From Lama guanicoe (Eukaryota), in assembly GCA_013239625.1 (NCBI GenBank), contig MU056816.1:2796773-2860772 (forward strand): DNA of 64,000 bases, in the 5' to 3' direction. The notes beneath the pieces were generated by a model. It had not been told where the DNA came from. It was given only the letters and a program-made list of their open reading frames with translations, and searched no databases. Within the stretch, counting starts at the first letter, position 1. The number at the start of each line of letters is the position of its first letter. The position numbers were made by a program, and so were the translations under genes. Of the stretch, positions 12,901-25,658 are shown piece after piece.

Positions 12901-13517
12901 CAACCAGGTGGGGAGGATGGGGCACTGGGCTGGGTTGAGGGTGGGGAAGGGGAGAACTGAGTCAGGCCCATCCTCAAGGCTGCTGCCACCCCCCCAGGGA
13001 CAGCCTCAGAGTCTTCTCCAGCCTCTGCCAGATTTTCTCCGAGGAGGATAATTATTCCCAGAGCCGGGAGCTACTCCTGCAGGTGAGGCCCTATTCCCTG
13101 GCATTGCCAGCCCTCCCTGCTCCTCCCTCCCACCCCCATATCTTTATGTTTTGTTACCACCAGGAGGTGAAGCTGCAACCCTCTCTAGAGCCGAATTCCA
13201 AGAAGGGCCCGAGGTCTGGCTTCCGGGGTGGGGTGAGTGACAACAAATGGAGGATGGCTGTAAAGGAGTAAGGGATGTAGAGGAGTGGAAGCAGTCTGTT
13301 GGATGCGAAGGGGAGGCACATCTGGGTGAGGAGAATTAAACTTGTTCTCTCAGGCAGCGGGATAGGGAAGTACGGAGGGATGGGGAGCCCTCGGATCAGT
13401 GGTGGGGGTGACTGACTCTCACCTCTAACCTCAGGGTGTAGTCCCATACCTTGGCACCTTCTTGAAGGACCTTGTGATGCTGGACGCAGCCTCCAAGGAT
13501 GAGCTGGAGGTCAGTGG

Positions 13518-13566
<49 letters not shown>

Positions 13567-16030
13567 CGCATGCACACAAGCGCTCATGCGCGGTTTGCAG
13601 TGATGGAACAAGTGGGCCTCAGGGTCAGGCACACCTTCCAGAAGGGGCTGCAAGGCATAAGCACTGATTGACAAGACTGTTACTTTGACCAGTTTATTTA
13701 ACTTCTTTGTGCCTTAGTGGTCTGTAAATGGGAAACTAGTGGCAGTGTCTACATGAACTTGCTATCCCATGAGAGTTAAATGAATTAACATTTGGTGAGT
13801 GCTTAGAACATGCCTGAGGTGTGAGCATATGTAGATAGTTTGCTAAATAAACAAATACTGGGATCTTGCGCAAGTTCCTTATCTTTTCTGAGTTCTGATG
13901 TTCTCATCTGTGAAGTGGACACAATTTCTACCTGTGATGTGTAGTTTAAAGGGGAAGGTAGCGTGCTTAGGGCATGATGGATGGGGCCAGGGGGAGGGCC
14001 GGAGGAGTCAGAGAGGCCGAGTGAAGTGTGAATTGGATGTGGATGTGTGGGTGTTTGGGAGAGGGGATATTCTCTCTATGGCAGGGTTGGGACGCTTACC
14101 CCATCCCCTTTCTCCTTGCAGAATGGATACATCAATTTTGACAAGCGGAGGAAGGTGAGGGGAGTGCATGGGCTGGATGCTGGACATCCCTGGCCATGTC
14201 CTAGGAAGGGAAGAGGGAGGGCAGAGTCGGGAGTCCCTGAGTTGTGCCTCCCGCAGTCTGTGGGTTCCTTCCTAGGAGTTTGCTGTCCTTTCTGAGCTGC
14301 AGCGGCTCCAAAATGAATGTCGTGGCTATGACCTCCGACCCGATCCCGACATCCAGCAGTGGCTACAGGGACTCCGGCCACTGACAGAGGCCCAGAGGTG
14401 ACTGGCTGGGTGAGGCAGGGACTTCAGGGCCTGGACTGAGTGTGGGGATCAGTGTGTCACATTCTGACCTCTGCCCATTGCCCCCCTCTCCAGCCATCGT
14501 GTGTCCTGTGAGGTGGAGCCACCTGGTACCAGTGACCCTCCTGCCCCGCGGGTGCTTCGGCCAACGCTGGTCATCTCGCAGTGGACAGAGTGAGGGAGTC
14601 AGGGTTGGAGGGCAGTCTCTTGGGGACTTGCTCTTCCTCTTCTGACCCTCCCAATCTGCCACTCCAGGGTTCTGGGTTCTGTTGGGGGCCCCACCCACAT
14701 AGTCTCCTGGGACCGGCCCAGTGTAGGGGGAGATGAGGAGCCGGGAACCCCTGCTCCACTGCTGACGCGGCTGGCCCAGGTGAGCTCTGCTCCTGACTGC
14801 TGACCTCAACAGTGACCCTGACTTTATGGATGTTTCTTCCTTGACCTCTCTGCCTTCACACCAGTTCCCTCATGTTGTTTGTCCCCAGCACATGAAGTGG
14901 CCATCTGTCTCATCTCTGGACTCCGCCCTGGAAAGCACTCCGTCCCTGCAAAGTCCCGCCGACCCCAGCCACCTCTCCCCACCAGCTTCCTCCCCAAGAC
15001 CTTCTCGGGGTCACCGCCGCTCAGCCTCCTGTGGCTCTCCGCTCAGTGGGGGTGCAGAAGCAGCCTCCAGTGGGGCTGGATGTGGGGGAGGGGGGTCCGG
15101 GCCAGGGTCCTCTGATTGCCGAATCATCCGAGTACAGATGGAGCTGGGGGAAGACGGCAGTGTCTACAAGAGCATCTTGGTGAGGAGCTGTGGGCTGGGA
15201 GGTGGGGTGAAGGATGGTACCCTGTGGGACTGTAGTTGTTGGGGAACAGCCTTTGAAATGGGAGGATGATTTGTTTTAATCCCGACCTTTCGTTGTAGCA
15301 GCCGTGTTTTATTTTGAAGGTCACTTTGCATTAGCTGCTGCACTTTGAACTTGTGGTAGTCATATTAGATTTTCTGAACCAACAGCAGTTTCCCCACAGG
15401 GAACAGCTGGCCAGTAGAGCACAGGGAGCTACCACGTTGGGCTTCCCTGTTCACTCTAAGGTGTTGGACATGAGTAGCCTTTTCTGGTTGGGACCAGTGG
15501 CTGGGGTTGAAAGGATGGAAAGCGGAGGTCATCATAGTCAATTTATTGCCCTTTTGGTCTTTTGTCCTGTCAGGTGACAAGCCAGGACAAGGCTCCAAGT
15601 GTCATCAGCCGTGTCCTGAAGAAAAATAATCGTGATTCTGCGGTGGCTTCGGAGTATGAACTAGTGCAGCTGCTACCAGGGGAGCGAGGTCAGAGGCCGT
15701 AAGGGAAGACACACTGGGGAGGAGGGGAGGGCCTACCAGTGGGAGTGCACCCACATCCGGGTGGCTGTACAGGGAACAGTTGTGTATGTGCGTGATCCCC
15801 CCCCTTCTGAACCTACAGAGCTGACCATCCCCGCCTCGGCTAACGTCTTTTATGCTATGGATGGAGCTTCACACGACTTCCTCCTGCGGCAGCGGCGAAG
15901 GCCCTCTACTGCTACACTGGGCCTCGCCAGTGGCCCCTCTGCCTCAGGAACTCCCCCAAGTGAGGGAGGAGGGGGTTCCTTTCCCCGGATCAAGGCCACA
16001 GGGAGGAAGATTGCCCGGGCACTGTTCTGA
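9708..16030 (+). CDS. RGL2: Ral guanine nucleotide dissociation stimulator-like 2 (REM, RasGEF and RA domains)
   Basis: Exons 9708-9872, 11138-11221, 11452-11630, 11760-11810, 11900-(into gap 12080-12219), 12469-12720, 12804-12907, 12998-13082, 13164-13232, 13435-13509, 14122-14154, 14276-14397, 14494-14589, 14668-14779, 14889-15179, 15574-15688, 15819-16030. Peptides include [42 protein letters not shown] and [12 protein letters not shown]. Confidence 0.96.
12080..12219. other. Assembly gap (140 N) covering the end of an RGL2 coding exon
   Basis: N-run. Confidence 0.99.
13520..13578. repeat. (TG)16 + (CGCATG)n alternating purine-pyrimidine tract
   Basis: Directly visible in the sequence. 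Confidence 0.95.
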
Positions 16031-16456
16031 GGAGGAAGCCCTGTTGGCTCACAGAACTCATGGGGGCCATACCAGACATGCCATCCTGAGTGGTGGCAGT
16101 TGCCACATTAGGAAAAAAAATCCAGAGATGGCCAACCACCCTGGGGCAGTGAAGTGCCACAGGTTTACCAGACGGTGGATATCCAGCCCTGTGGGAATTG
16201 GTAATCTTGGTAACCAAGTTGGATACCTGTGTATAGCTCCCCACTTTCCATGAATGCAGCACAGCTAGTGCTGGAAAAAGGGATCGGTTTCTGATTCCTG
16301 GCCACATCTTAGTATGCCAAGGGTCAAGGAAGGGCCTAGAAGTAGGGGGAGGAGAAAAGCCTAGAAGCTCTGAGCCCCAGGGAGAGGGAACAGTAAGAAG
16401 GTTCTAGTAGGATTTCCTTTTCCTACTCTAGGGGTTCCTGTCACTGTGACAACACT

Positions 16457-16462
16457 AATAAA
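16457..16462 (+). terminator. RGL2 polyadenylation signal
   Basis: AATAAA about 430 nt after the stop. Confidence 0.7.
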
Positions 16463-17229
16463 CCAAAACACTACCTGAACTCTACTCCTGTCCTTGCAGT
16501 GTGTATGAACTAGCTGCTGGTAGTGGGGGTGGGGAGCTGGCTGAAGGTAGACACCATGGAACAAGAGGGACCGAATGTTTTTTTATCCATGAAGAGCTGA
16601 AAGCAAGGAGTTGGTGGAAACGGTTCCTTCAGGATGGTTTATTCCTCCCCAGTAACCTCTCTATCTCTGGTCTCTTTATTTGCTCTTAAATTTTCCTAAG
16701 TTGTCACAGACCTATGTCAAGTACTAGCTACCCAATTAAAATGATCAGAACGAAGAACACCCTTGGCTTGGAATTTGTAGGAAACAATTTTTGGACAGAA
16801 ATCCAAGAACAATTTTGTGGACAGCGTACAAACCTTGAGGACTTACAATATCACAGAGCGTTGTGTGTTGGGATTTTAAATCAGTTTAAGCTACATTTAA
16901 ACAAATTTTATGAAGAAAGAGGTTAAAAAGAACTAAGATGCTAAGGCTATTTTGAGGATGACATATCATAGCAAGGAGGGTCACCATGTTTCATTCTGGG
17001 GTCACAGGTCAGAGAACTGTATGTTAGTCAATTAAACTCACTTTCCCCAAAATTGTTGCATTGTAAATGTCCTTCTCTTGTTTCCTAAAGGAGGATGCCA
17101 GCCAAGACAAAGGAGAGTTAAGGATTGTATATACAGGCAAGAATTAGGTTTGAGACTTTTCAGACTTCAGTCTCAAGAAAGATTACTTTGCCACAGAGAG
17201 ATACCAGTGCAAAAATCTGGACCTGAGAA

Positions 17230-17332
17230 GGGGTGGTAGGTATAGCTCAGTGGTAGAGTGCATGCTTAGCCAGCAGATGTCCTGGGTTCAATCCCCAGTA
17301 CCTCCATTAAAAAAGAAAAAAAGAAAGAAAAA
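17230..17332 (+). mobile_element. tRNA-derived SINE, short form
   Basis: A and B boxes, A tail, imperfect TSD (AATCTGGACCTGAG / AATTTGGACTTGAG). Confidence 0.82.
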
Positions 17333-17454
17333 GAATTTGGACTTGAGTGAGTTAACATAGATGGTAAATATATAAGGTGGAAGGGACCAAGGGAATGGGT
17401 GGAGACAATTATGACAGAGGTGGCTGGTCAGAAAATGGCCAGGTATTTTCACAT

Positions 17455-17460
17455 TTTATT
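17455..17460 (-). terminator. PFDN6 polyadenylation signal
   Basis: AATAAA on the minus strand about 60 nt after the stop. Confidence 0.75.
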
Positions 17461-17522
17461 AGCTACAGTATAGACCCTAGAGCTGCCTCATTCCCGCCCC
17501 TCCCCTTCCCCCCACCACGGGG

Positions 17523-18510
17523 TCAGGCCTTCCCAGGAGCCCCTGCCTTTGCTGCCTGGGCCCGCTGGAACTCCTGCTGCAGCTGAGCAAGGGTCTCCCT
17601 CTGTTGTTCTGACTGGCGCTCTAAGTCCCGGAGCTGGGATTCATACCGCTTACTAAGGAGAGACGAGAGGCAAAAAGCAAATGAGAAATTAGTGAGACTT
17701 ACTATTGAGGATGCTTAAGGCAAGAAGGAGACTGGTGGAAAACCTGACATTTAGGGGACGGAGAAGAAGAGGGGTTAAAGGGAAGGGGTTAGAGGAACTG
17801 AATAATGGGGATACTCTGGAGAGATACTCTACAGTGGTTTCTGCAGTGGTTCCTCAACACCTCTATTCCAACGTGTCAGGAACATCACAGGGTGCTGGGA
17901 CAAAGACTCACATTTCAGCTGTGATGTAGTCTAGCCTTTTCCCCACTGTAGCCCGAGCCTCCCCAAGCTCCTGTTTGACCAGCACGGGACCCAGAAGTTT
18001 AAAGACCACGTTGGACCCATCCAGCAGGGCCAGTTCCTGATGGAGGGGTGAGACATACATGATCAGAATCATTGTCTATAAAAGTCCTTCTCGCCCCACA
18101 AACCCCAGTCTCTCACCTCTTTCACGATATTATTTTCTGTTAGTTGTGCCTCTAGCTTCTGCCTCCCTGACATGGATTTACTCAAGTCTGGCGGGTGGAA
18201 GGAAAGACTTGATAAATCAAGACATCAAATGTGCCACCCAACCCCCAAAGTCCCCCACAAGAAAATGTATCTGAAGAAGTAGACAAGGATGGGGACGACG
18301 GGTCAGTGGTTGGGTAAAGCATATAAAGGGCCGCACACAGGGGCCCAGAGGTGGGGTGGGGGCGGGGCGGAACACATTATCTTGGCATGGCTTTGGGTTG
18401 TAAGTGAGGGAATGGGGGCGAGGCCACACCGATCCTCCTCCCTTACCTTTCTGTAGCTGTTGATATTTCTCCACTTCTCCCTGTAACTTCTTCTGGATCA
18501 GCTCAGCCAT
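17523..18510 (-). CDS. PFDN6: Prefoldin subunit 6 (129 aa)
   Basis: Exons 18510-18447, 18187-18117, 18036-17912, 17652-17523 sum to 390 nt. MAELIQKKLQGEVEKYQQLQK..ELALLDGSNVVFKLLGPVLVKQ..AGAPGKA*. Confidence 0.97.
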
Positions 18511-19175
18511 GGCGGGGACGAAAGCCTGCAGGGAATCGGAGAGGGGCACTGGGTCTCACACTGGAAGGTATCGGGGCTCTCTTTCTGGCCTGCAGGAATG
18601 ACAGCCCTCTTGAGAGGCAGTCTCTCGGAGCACAGCAGTTTCTCTTCGTCCGGGATATCAACTCCACCCCGTCTCCAGCGGGTGGCAGGCAAACCGAGAC
18701 CCCCAAAACCCCTCAACGGAACCCCTGGCCTACTCACGTTCTCCCTTCAGTATTGGTGAACCCGGAAGTAAACAACGAATGCTGGGAAAAAACGGCGCCG
18801 GAAGCTGCCTTCCGGCACATGCCGGGAACTGTAGTTCTAACATACTTAATGAGTGGCGTTCTGCTAAAAAGGCTAAACTTGGAAGGCTTTAGGCAAGATG
18901 AGGAAACGAAGCTGGGATAAGAAACTTCATGGTTACGTGGGTCCTGGCTCCGGACTGACTCTCTTTTCTTACTCAGGCATAAGTTGCCTCACGGCTGGGC
19001 GGGTCGGCCCCGCCCCTCAGTGGAGAGAGCGCCCTCATTCAAGATGGCGCCTAGAAGGCTTCAGACCTAGGGCTGCACCGATTGGATGACAACCGGAGGA
19101 CTTCCGGGAGTTTTCAAGCCAACTGTGGGACAGCTGAGAAGAATTTGCACGTGCGTCGTCTTTCGGGTGGGCTAG
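18511..19175. promoter_or_regulatory. PFDN6/WDR46 bidirectional CpG promoter
   Basis: Head-to-head ATGs about 665 bp apart. CCGGAAGT at 18762; ZNF143/THAP11-type ACTACAnnnCCC at 18822-18837 (-); YY1-type AAGATGGCG at 19041; inverted CCAAT near 19081. Confidence 0.85.
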
Positions 19176-22100
19176 ATGGAGACAGCCCCCAAGCTGGGCA
19201 GGGATGTCCAGCCTAAGAAGGACAAACTTCAGGCCAAGAAGAAGGTAGAGGCCTCCTTGGGGTGGAAGGGAAGTTTTTAGCTGCGGGGTTGGAGGGGCGG
19301 GACAAGGGGCCGCCGAACATCAGGGCTCCTGATCTGCCCGTAGAAACCGCGGCGATACTGGGAGGAAGAGACTTCTCCAACTGCTGCCGGAGCCTCTCCA
19401 GGGCCCCCTCGTAAACTGAAGAGGAATCGAGAGCTCCGCCCCCAGAAGCCAAAGAACATTCACATCCGAAAGAAGTCTCGGATCTCCAAAAAGCCTCAGG
19501 CCCCGAAGAAACCCCGAGAACGGGGGCCTCAGCGGAGCTTGTCTGGGGTGAGCCTGGAACCTGACAGGGTAGCGAGACAACTCGCCTTCCGCCTTGAGGG
19601 TACGAGGGTTGGGGTCAACTCTAGTTGGTCTGCTAATTGCCTGCTCTGCCCTAGGCACAGGACCCATTTGCAGGCCCCGCCCCCGTCCCTGGGGAGGTGG
19701 TTCAGAAGTTCCGTCGCGTTGACAAATCCAAAAAGGTGAGACTTGTTGCAAGCAGGGAATGTCTGAGTGAATTGGATGGGGGCGGGGCCCGGTGGCTCTC
19801 TTGTGACCCTCCTCATATCCCTTGGTTCTTCCGCTCCTGCCCTAACGTGTGATAGCTGCCACGTTCTAAATCCAAAACCCGAAGCCGACTGGAGGCAGCT
19901 GAAGCTGAGGAAGAGGAAGTAAGTGTGAGAGCTGCTCGTTCTGAGCTGCTGCTTGCTGAGGAACCTGGGTAAGTGGACCCTAATGTGGGTCTCTCCGTCC
20001 CCTGCTTTATGGGGCTCTCGTTTCTCCATTTTGTTTTTGTACACCCATTTCACGTTAGGAAGCTTTAATGCAACTGTAACGCTCGCTTGCAGGTTTCTGG
20101 AAGGGGAGGATGGGGAGGACACGGCAAGGATACGTCAGGCTGACATCGTGGAGGCCGTGGACATCGCAAGTGCAGCCAAAGTGAGCCTGAGGATGGAAAA
20201 GTGCTCATTGGTTGATGGGTGGTGCAGAGCAAGATGGAGGTGGGGAGTGGAAGAGAAAATTACTGAAGGGAGCCTTTTTTTTTTTTTTTAACTATTCCCT
20301 TTTCAGCACTTTGACTTGAACTTGAGGCAGTTTGGACCCTACAGGCTGAATTACTCTCGAACTGGGAGGTAAGGTTGAATTCCAATGACTTGAACTAGGA
20401 TGTGGTCATGTCTCCTTAACCACTTCAGCCCTGCCCATCTCAGCCATACCAGTGTATGTTTGGATGTTGATGTGGGGAGGGTCCTGTGATCTGCTTCCAT
20501 GTGAAGGTGAGTGTGTGGAGCAGTATCTCTCACCTGGAGAAGAGGAGCTGGCGTGGGGCAGACCTCTGAGTCAGGGGTCAGTGCTCCCCTGCATTGACAC
20601 CCTGCCTGTCCCTACCTCCAACAGACACCTGGCTTTTGGAGGGCGCCGGGGTCACGTGGCTGCCCTTGACTGGGTGACAAAGAAGCTCATGTGTGAGATC
20701 AACGTCATGGAGGCAGTGCGGGACATCCGGTCAGTGGCCTCAGTGGGGTGAGATAGCCCATCCCTGATTGAATGATAGCCTGTGACTCCCTTTCATGTTG
20801 AATCACTCCTCTCTCCTCCCAGGTTTCTGCATTCAGAAGCACTGCTTGCTGTTGCTCAGAACCGCTGGCTTCACATTTACGACAACCAGGGCATTGAGCT
20901 CCACTGCATCCGCCGCTGTGACCGAGTCACACGTCTTGAGTTCCTGCCTTTCCACTTCCTCTTGGCCACAGCTGTGAGTGGCTGTGGAGCACAGGGACTG
21001 GGTGGCAGACCCTGAGAAGACTGATCCTCCCCTGGGACCCCAGTAGAGGGAAACTAGAAGGCAGTCAGTCTGTCTCTTTCTCTCTCTCTCTCATAGTCAG
21101 AGACAGGGTTTCTCACATACTTGGACGTGTCCGTGGGAAAGATTGTGGCTGCTCTGAATGCTCGGGCAGGACGGCTCGATGTCATGACTCAGAACCCTTA
21201 CAATGCTGTCATCCATCTTGGACACAGCAACGGTGGGTCCTTGGCTGAGGTCAATTCTGACCACCCATCCTGCTTTTCTCTTCTAAACATGTATTTCATG
21301 AGTCGCTTAAAGTTGCCCCTCTACCTCCCTCTCTTGTTACCTCTTGGCTTTGAGTCCCCATCTTTTCCAGGTTGAATCACCTCAGTGCCCTGTTAGTAAC
21401 CTCAGCTCTTCTCTGATGTCCAGGGACTGTGTCTTTATGGAGCCCAGCCATGAAGGAGCCACTGGCAAAGATTCTCTGTCACCGGGGTGGGGTCCGGGCT
21501 GTGGCAGTAGATTCTACAGGCATGTAAGTCACTTGTTTGGGCATGAGGTGCTGTTGAGGGGGGTGTGTCACAGCTGGGCAAAAGGGACTAGAAGGTGATG
21601 TGCCTTTAGGAGCACACACTCTGCAGCCAAACTGCCTGGTTTAAATCCTGGTGTTACCACTGACCAGCCATGTCGGTGGCCCATTATGTAACGTCGGTGT
21701 ACCACACACGCTGCTTCCCCTGAGAGCGCGGGTATGAGTATCCAGCTCGAGGGTCAGAAAACTTTTCCTGTAAAGAGCCTGATAGTAAGCATTTTAGGCT
21801 TTTTTGATAAAGAGGCATAACCGAGTGTTTCACATTGGTACTTACGTAACATGAGAGAAAAAGTATTGCAAATTTTTAAGCAATTACGTATAAAAACAAT
21901 TGAACCACAATATATCTGTAACACAGGTCAACTAGTGGGAAGAACTGGATTTCTGTTTTGGAGAATAACATTTGCTTAATTGAGGTTTAGAATTAGTGTT
22001 CTGAATCGTCAAACTTGATTGCAGATGTGTATCTATCAATGCCGATCTGTGGAGAGGTTTTTTTTTTTTTTTCATCTTTGCAAACATTTTTCCACATAGA

Positions 22101-24923
22101 TAGACAATGAGCTCGGTGGTGCTCAAAATGCTATCAGGTGGTGGCCTTGTCACTGAGATGATAGTGTCCTGGGCAGCAGTGTGAAGAGATACCGTCTTGA
22201 CCATTCTCCTGTGCTCTCGTAGCACAAAAGCAGCCTCGGAATAAGTAACCAAATGAGAGTGGCTGTGTGCCAATAAAACTTTATTTGTGAACACTGAAAT
22301 TTGAATTTGAAATAACGTTCACGTGCCTTAAAAATGTTTTCTCTTGCTTTTTTTCCCCAACCACTTAAAAATGTAAAAACCATTCTCAGCTTATGGGCTG
22401 TACAGAAACAGGTGTGGGCTGGACTTACTTGACTCATGGGCCATAGTTCGCCAAGCCCTGGGCTTAGCTCCAAGCTGTAGTTGACATTAAAGACGGGCAT
22501 GGCATCCAGAGCTTACCGTGGTGCCTAGTGAGTGGGTGGCGCCACGCTCTGTGACCATCATCATTAAAGATGATCAGATGGTCGTTCTCTTGAGGTCTGG
22601 CTGGTGACGAGAAGGGTAGGGCTGGGAGGTCTGCTTTGAATTTCCACTCTTCCTGGGCGAGTATGTGCATTTCCACAGCTGTTCTGTCTGACTTGTATGT
22701 GTGTTCGGATCGGGCCTACTGTTTCTCCCAACTGGGCCTCTATTCAGCCCCATCAAAGGCCAACTCTGCTCAGAGGACCCTTTAGTTCCTTCCTCCTGTG
22801 TTCACAGCCACAGCTAAAGAGAGTCCTTGGTGTCTGGCAAACACACAGCCCCTGGCCTGGCTGGTCCCCCTTCAGCCTCCTTCTCTGAGGAGCAACTTGA
22901 ACATCGACAGAAACTCCAGTCTCTGAAAGTAAACGACTTATGTGGGTCATGATTCCTTGAGAGGGTTTGGTCACCAACCTTGCCCCTCCTCCTTCCAGGG
23001 GAAGGGGGCGGGGTGGGGCCCTCCAGTGCATTACTGCCTTGCTTCCTAAGGAGGCTTTCTCCGGTCTGCATGTCTTCACCTTGTGACTTGTCATTGCTGG
23101 AGACCAATGTCGGGCACTCTGGGTCCCTCTCTGACTTTCAAGAGCCCTTACAATTTGTACACTCCTGGTCCTCCTGTCCCTATTTCCCACCATCCTGAAA
23201 ACAAATCCCTGCTTCCAATACCTGCTGTATATCTCTGTTTCTTGTGCTTTCTTGAGAATTGCCTAGAGAGGCTCAAATCCCAATTTTCCCACAAAGCCCT
23301 CCCCGACCTCCTCAATCCGTCCTTCCCTCTGCTGAGCCGCTGGGCTGTCTGCGCAGTGGAACATCACTTAGATAGATTGTCGTATGCCTTTTCCCTTCAA
23401 TTCACACGTCTTGAGTAGGTGAGAGCACAGACACTGAAGAACCCAGTCTAACTTGAATTCCAGCTCTACTGCTTACTCTGATTTCCCTTTTCTGAGTTTG
23501 TTTCCTCACTGTAAAAGGGAAATAAATAATACGGTCACGTGATGCTTAACTGAGAGGAGGCCTGTGGAGGGTGGTGTGATGGTAGTGATTACTATTATTA
23601 TTGGTCTTTTTCTCCCCAGCTGGACTTCATGCCTGGACTTGGTCACAGGCCTGCCCAGTAAGCTCATACTACAGATTAACCTCCTCTTCCCCCCAGGCAC
23701 ATGGCCACCTCTGGTGTGGACCACCAGCTAAAGATCTTTGACTTGCGAGGGACGTTCCAGCCTCTGAGTGCTAGGACTCTGCCCCAGGGAGCAGGGCACC
23801 TGGCCTTCTCCCAGCGGGGACTGCTGGCTGCAGGAATGGGTGACGTGGTCAACGTGTGGGCAGGGCAGGGCAAGGCCAGCCCCCCCCTCCTGGAGCAGCC
23901 CTACCTCACTCACCGGCTCTCAGGCCACGTGCACAGCCTTCAGTTCTGCCCCTTTGAAGATGTGCTAGGGGTGGGGCACAGTGGGGGCATCACCAGTATG
24001 CTGATTCCTGGTGAGTAGGCAGGGATGGGGCTCATAGTGAATGAACTGGAGGGAAGTTGGGATGGGTCTTGGATCAGCCAGGATCAAGGGGATTGGTCAG
24101 GCTGGGCCCCTGTTGATGGCCCCATGCTCCTTCCTCCTTCCAGGGGCTGCTGAGCCCAACTTTGATGGCCTGGAGAATAACCCATACAGGAGTCAGAAGC
24201 AGCGCCAGGAGTGGGAGGTGAAGGCGCTGCTGGAGAAGGTGAGGTGCCTGTGTGTAGTTTGGGGCCGGGGGTCTTGGGAAGAGTGGGATTCAGCAGCCTC
24301 CTTGGTTTCCATCCTTTGGTGTCACCCTCTTGTGGCTCCTTACCCTTTCCTGTCCCTCTGTGACACATCCAGGTACCTGCAGAGCTCATTTGTCTGGATC
24401 CACGAGCCCTGGCAGAAGTTGATGTCATCTCTTTGGAGCAGAAAAAGAAGGAACGGATCGAGAGGCTGGTATGGAGCAGGCGCCTGACCCCCACCTCCTA
24501 TCCCCACCTTGTCCCCAGAAGTGCAGCACTGCAGGCAGGTGCCACCACCCCTGCCTCTGAGGCTGTTCCAGGTTTCCCTCTTACCCCTTCCCATAGGGCT
24601 ATGATCCCGAGGCCAAGGCTCCATTCCAGCCAAAGCCAAAGCGGAAGGGCCGCAGTTCGACAGCAAGTCTTGTGAAGAGGAAGAGGAAAGTCATGGATGA
24701 AGAACACAGGGTAACTGAGCACTTGGGGTGGGCCAGGCGCCCATGGGCTCTGTCCTCTTGCTTGTGCCTTTGGCTTGGCCAGCCCGCCACTTCTCACCGC
24801 ATCCCTCTCTCCCCATCCCAGGACAGAGTCCGGCAGAGCCTTGAGGAGCAGCCGCAGAAGCAAGAGAAGGCAGCCAAGCCCACAGGGGCCCGGCCATCTG
24901 CTCTGGACAGATTTGTGCGCTGA
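19176..24923 (+). CDS. WDR46: WD repeat-containing protein 46 (BING4/Utp7 homologue, 609 aa)
   Basis: 15 exons: 19176-19244, 19344-19547, 19655-19735, 19856-19968, 20093-20180, 20307-20368, 20625-20729, 20823-20973, 21097-21232, 21424-21523, 23697-24010, 24144-24238, 24373-24468, 24597-24710, 24822-24923, total 1830 nt in frame. [40 protein letters not shown]. Confidence 0.96.
21748..22461. mobile_element. MER58-like hAT-Charlie element(s) in WDR46 intron 10
   Basis: GGGTCAGAAAACTTTTCCTGTAAAG..GGGCCATAGTTCGCCAAGCCCTG ends. Confidence 0.6.
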
Positions 24924-25064
24924 GCCAGGCTCCGGGGTGACCTGGGAACAACATTCTCTCCCCAGGACCCCCTGTGGGGAATGCTCCTGTTCCCTGGAAT
25001 GAGGAGGGAGTAGTGTGCCCCTTCCCCATCTAGGAGTGGACAGCTGGCTCTGGGGTGGGTTGGT

Positions 25065-25394
25065 ATTAAAGAGGAAGGTGAGTGTTTGGATAATGTGTTG
25101 GGATCATCCTGTGGACTTGTCCTCTCCCAGGTCTAGCACAGGGCTGCTCTCGGATACCAGGGGTCGGTCATGGTGTCTTGTTCCTACCCTTCCCTGTCTC
25201 TTGGGGTTGCTGTGGCCTTAGCCTTGCCCTATAGGGCCTTCCTCCTTGGAAAGGCTGTCCTCCCTCTCCCACAACCCTGGATATGTTCTTCCCATCCAGC
25301 AGGGTCCGGTAGCCTTCAGGTTGCCCAGGTTTGTGTTCTGGGGCTTCTGGTGAGGACCACACTGTACTCGAAGAGGAAGAGAGACAAGTTTATT
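25065..25394. terminator. Convergent polyA signals: WDR46 ATTAAA (25065-25070, +) and B3GALT4 AATAAA (25389-25394, -)
   Basis: Each hexamer lies downstream of its gene's stop codon. Confidence 0.65.
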
Positions 25395-25658
25395 GAGGGG
25401 CTTATGCCCCTCCTGCCACGGCTGGAGAGAACAACCCAGCATGTGCTGCTCTTCCTGACGACCATCTTTGGGGCTGGCAGGTCAGGCTTCTAGGTTTCTC
25501 CTGTATCCCTCAGTCTTCAGTGACAGACTGAGTGTCTGGTGTGGGGAAGCTGATCCGGGCAGCCAGCTAGGGCCCCTGCCTTGGGCATGGGAGAGAGGTC
25601 GTGGGGGTGCTAGCTGGACCCTCCACTCCTCGTCCCTCTCGTGAGCCCCCAAGCACTC

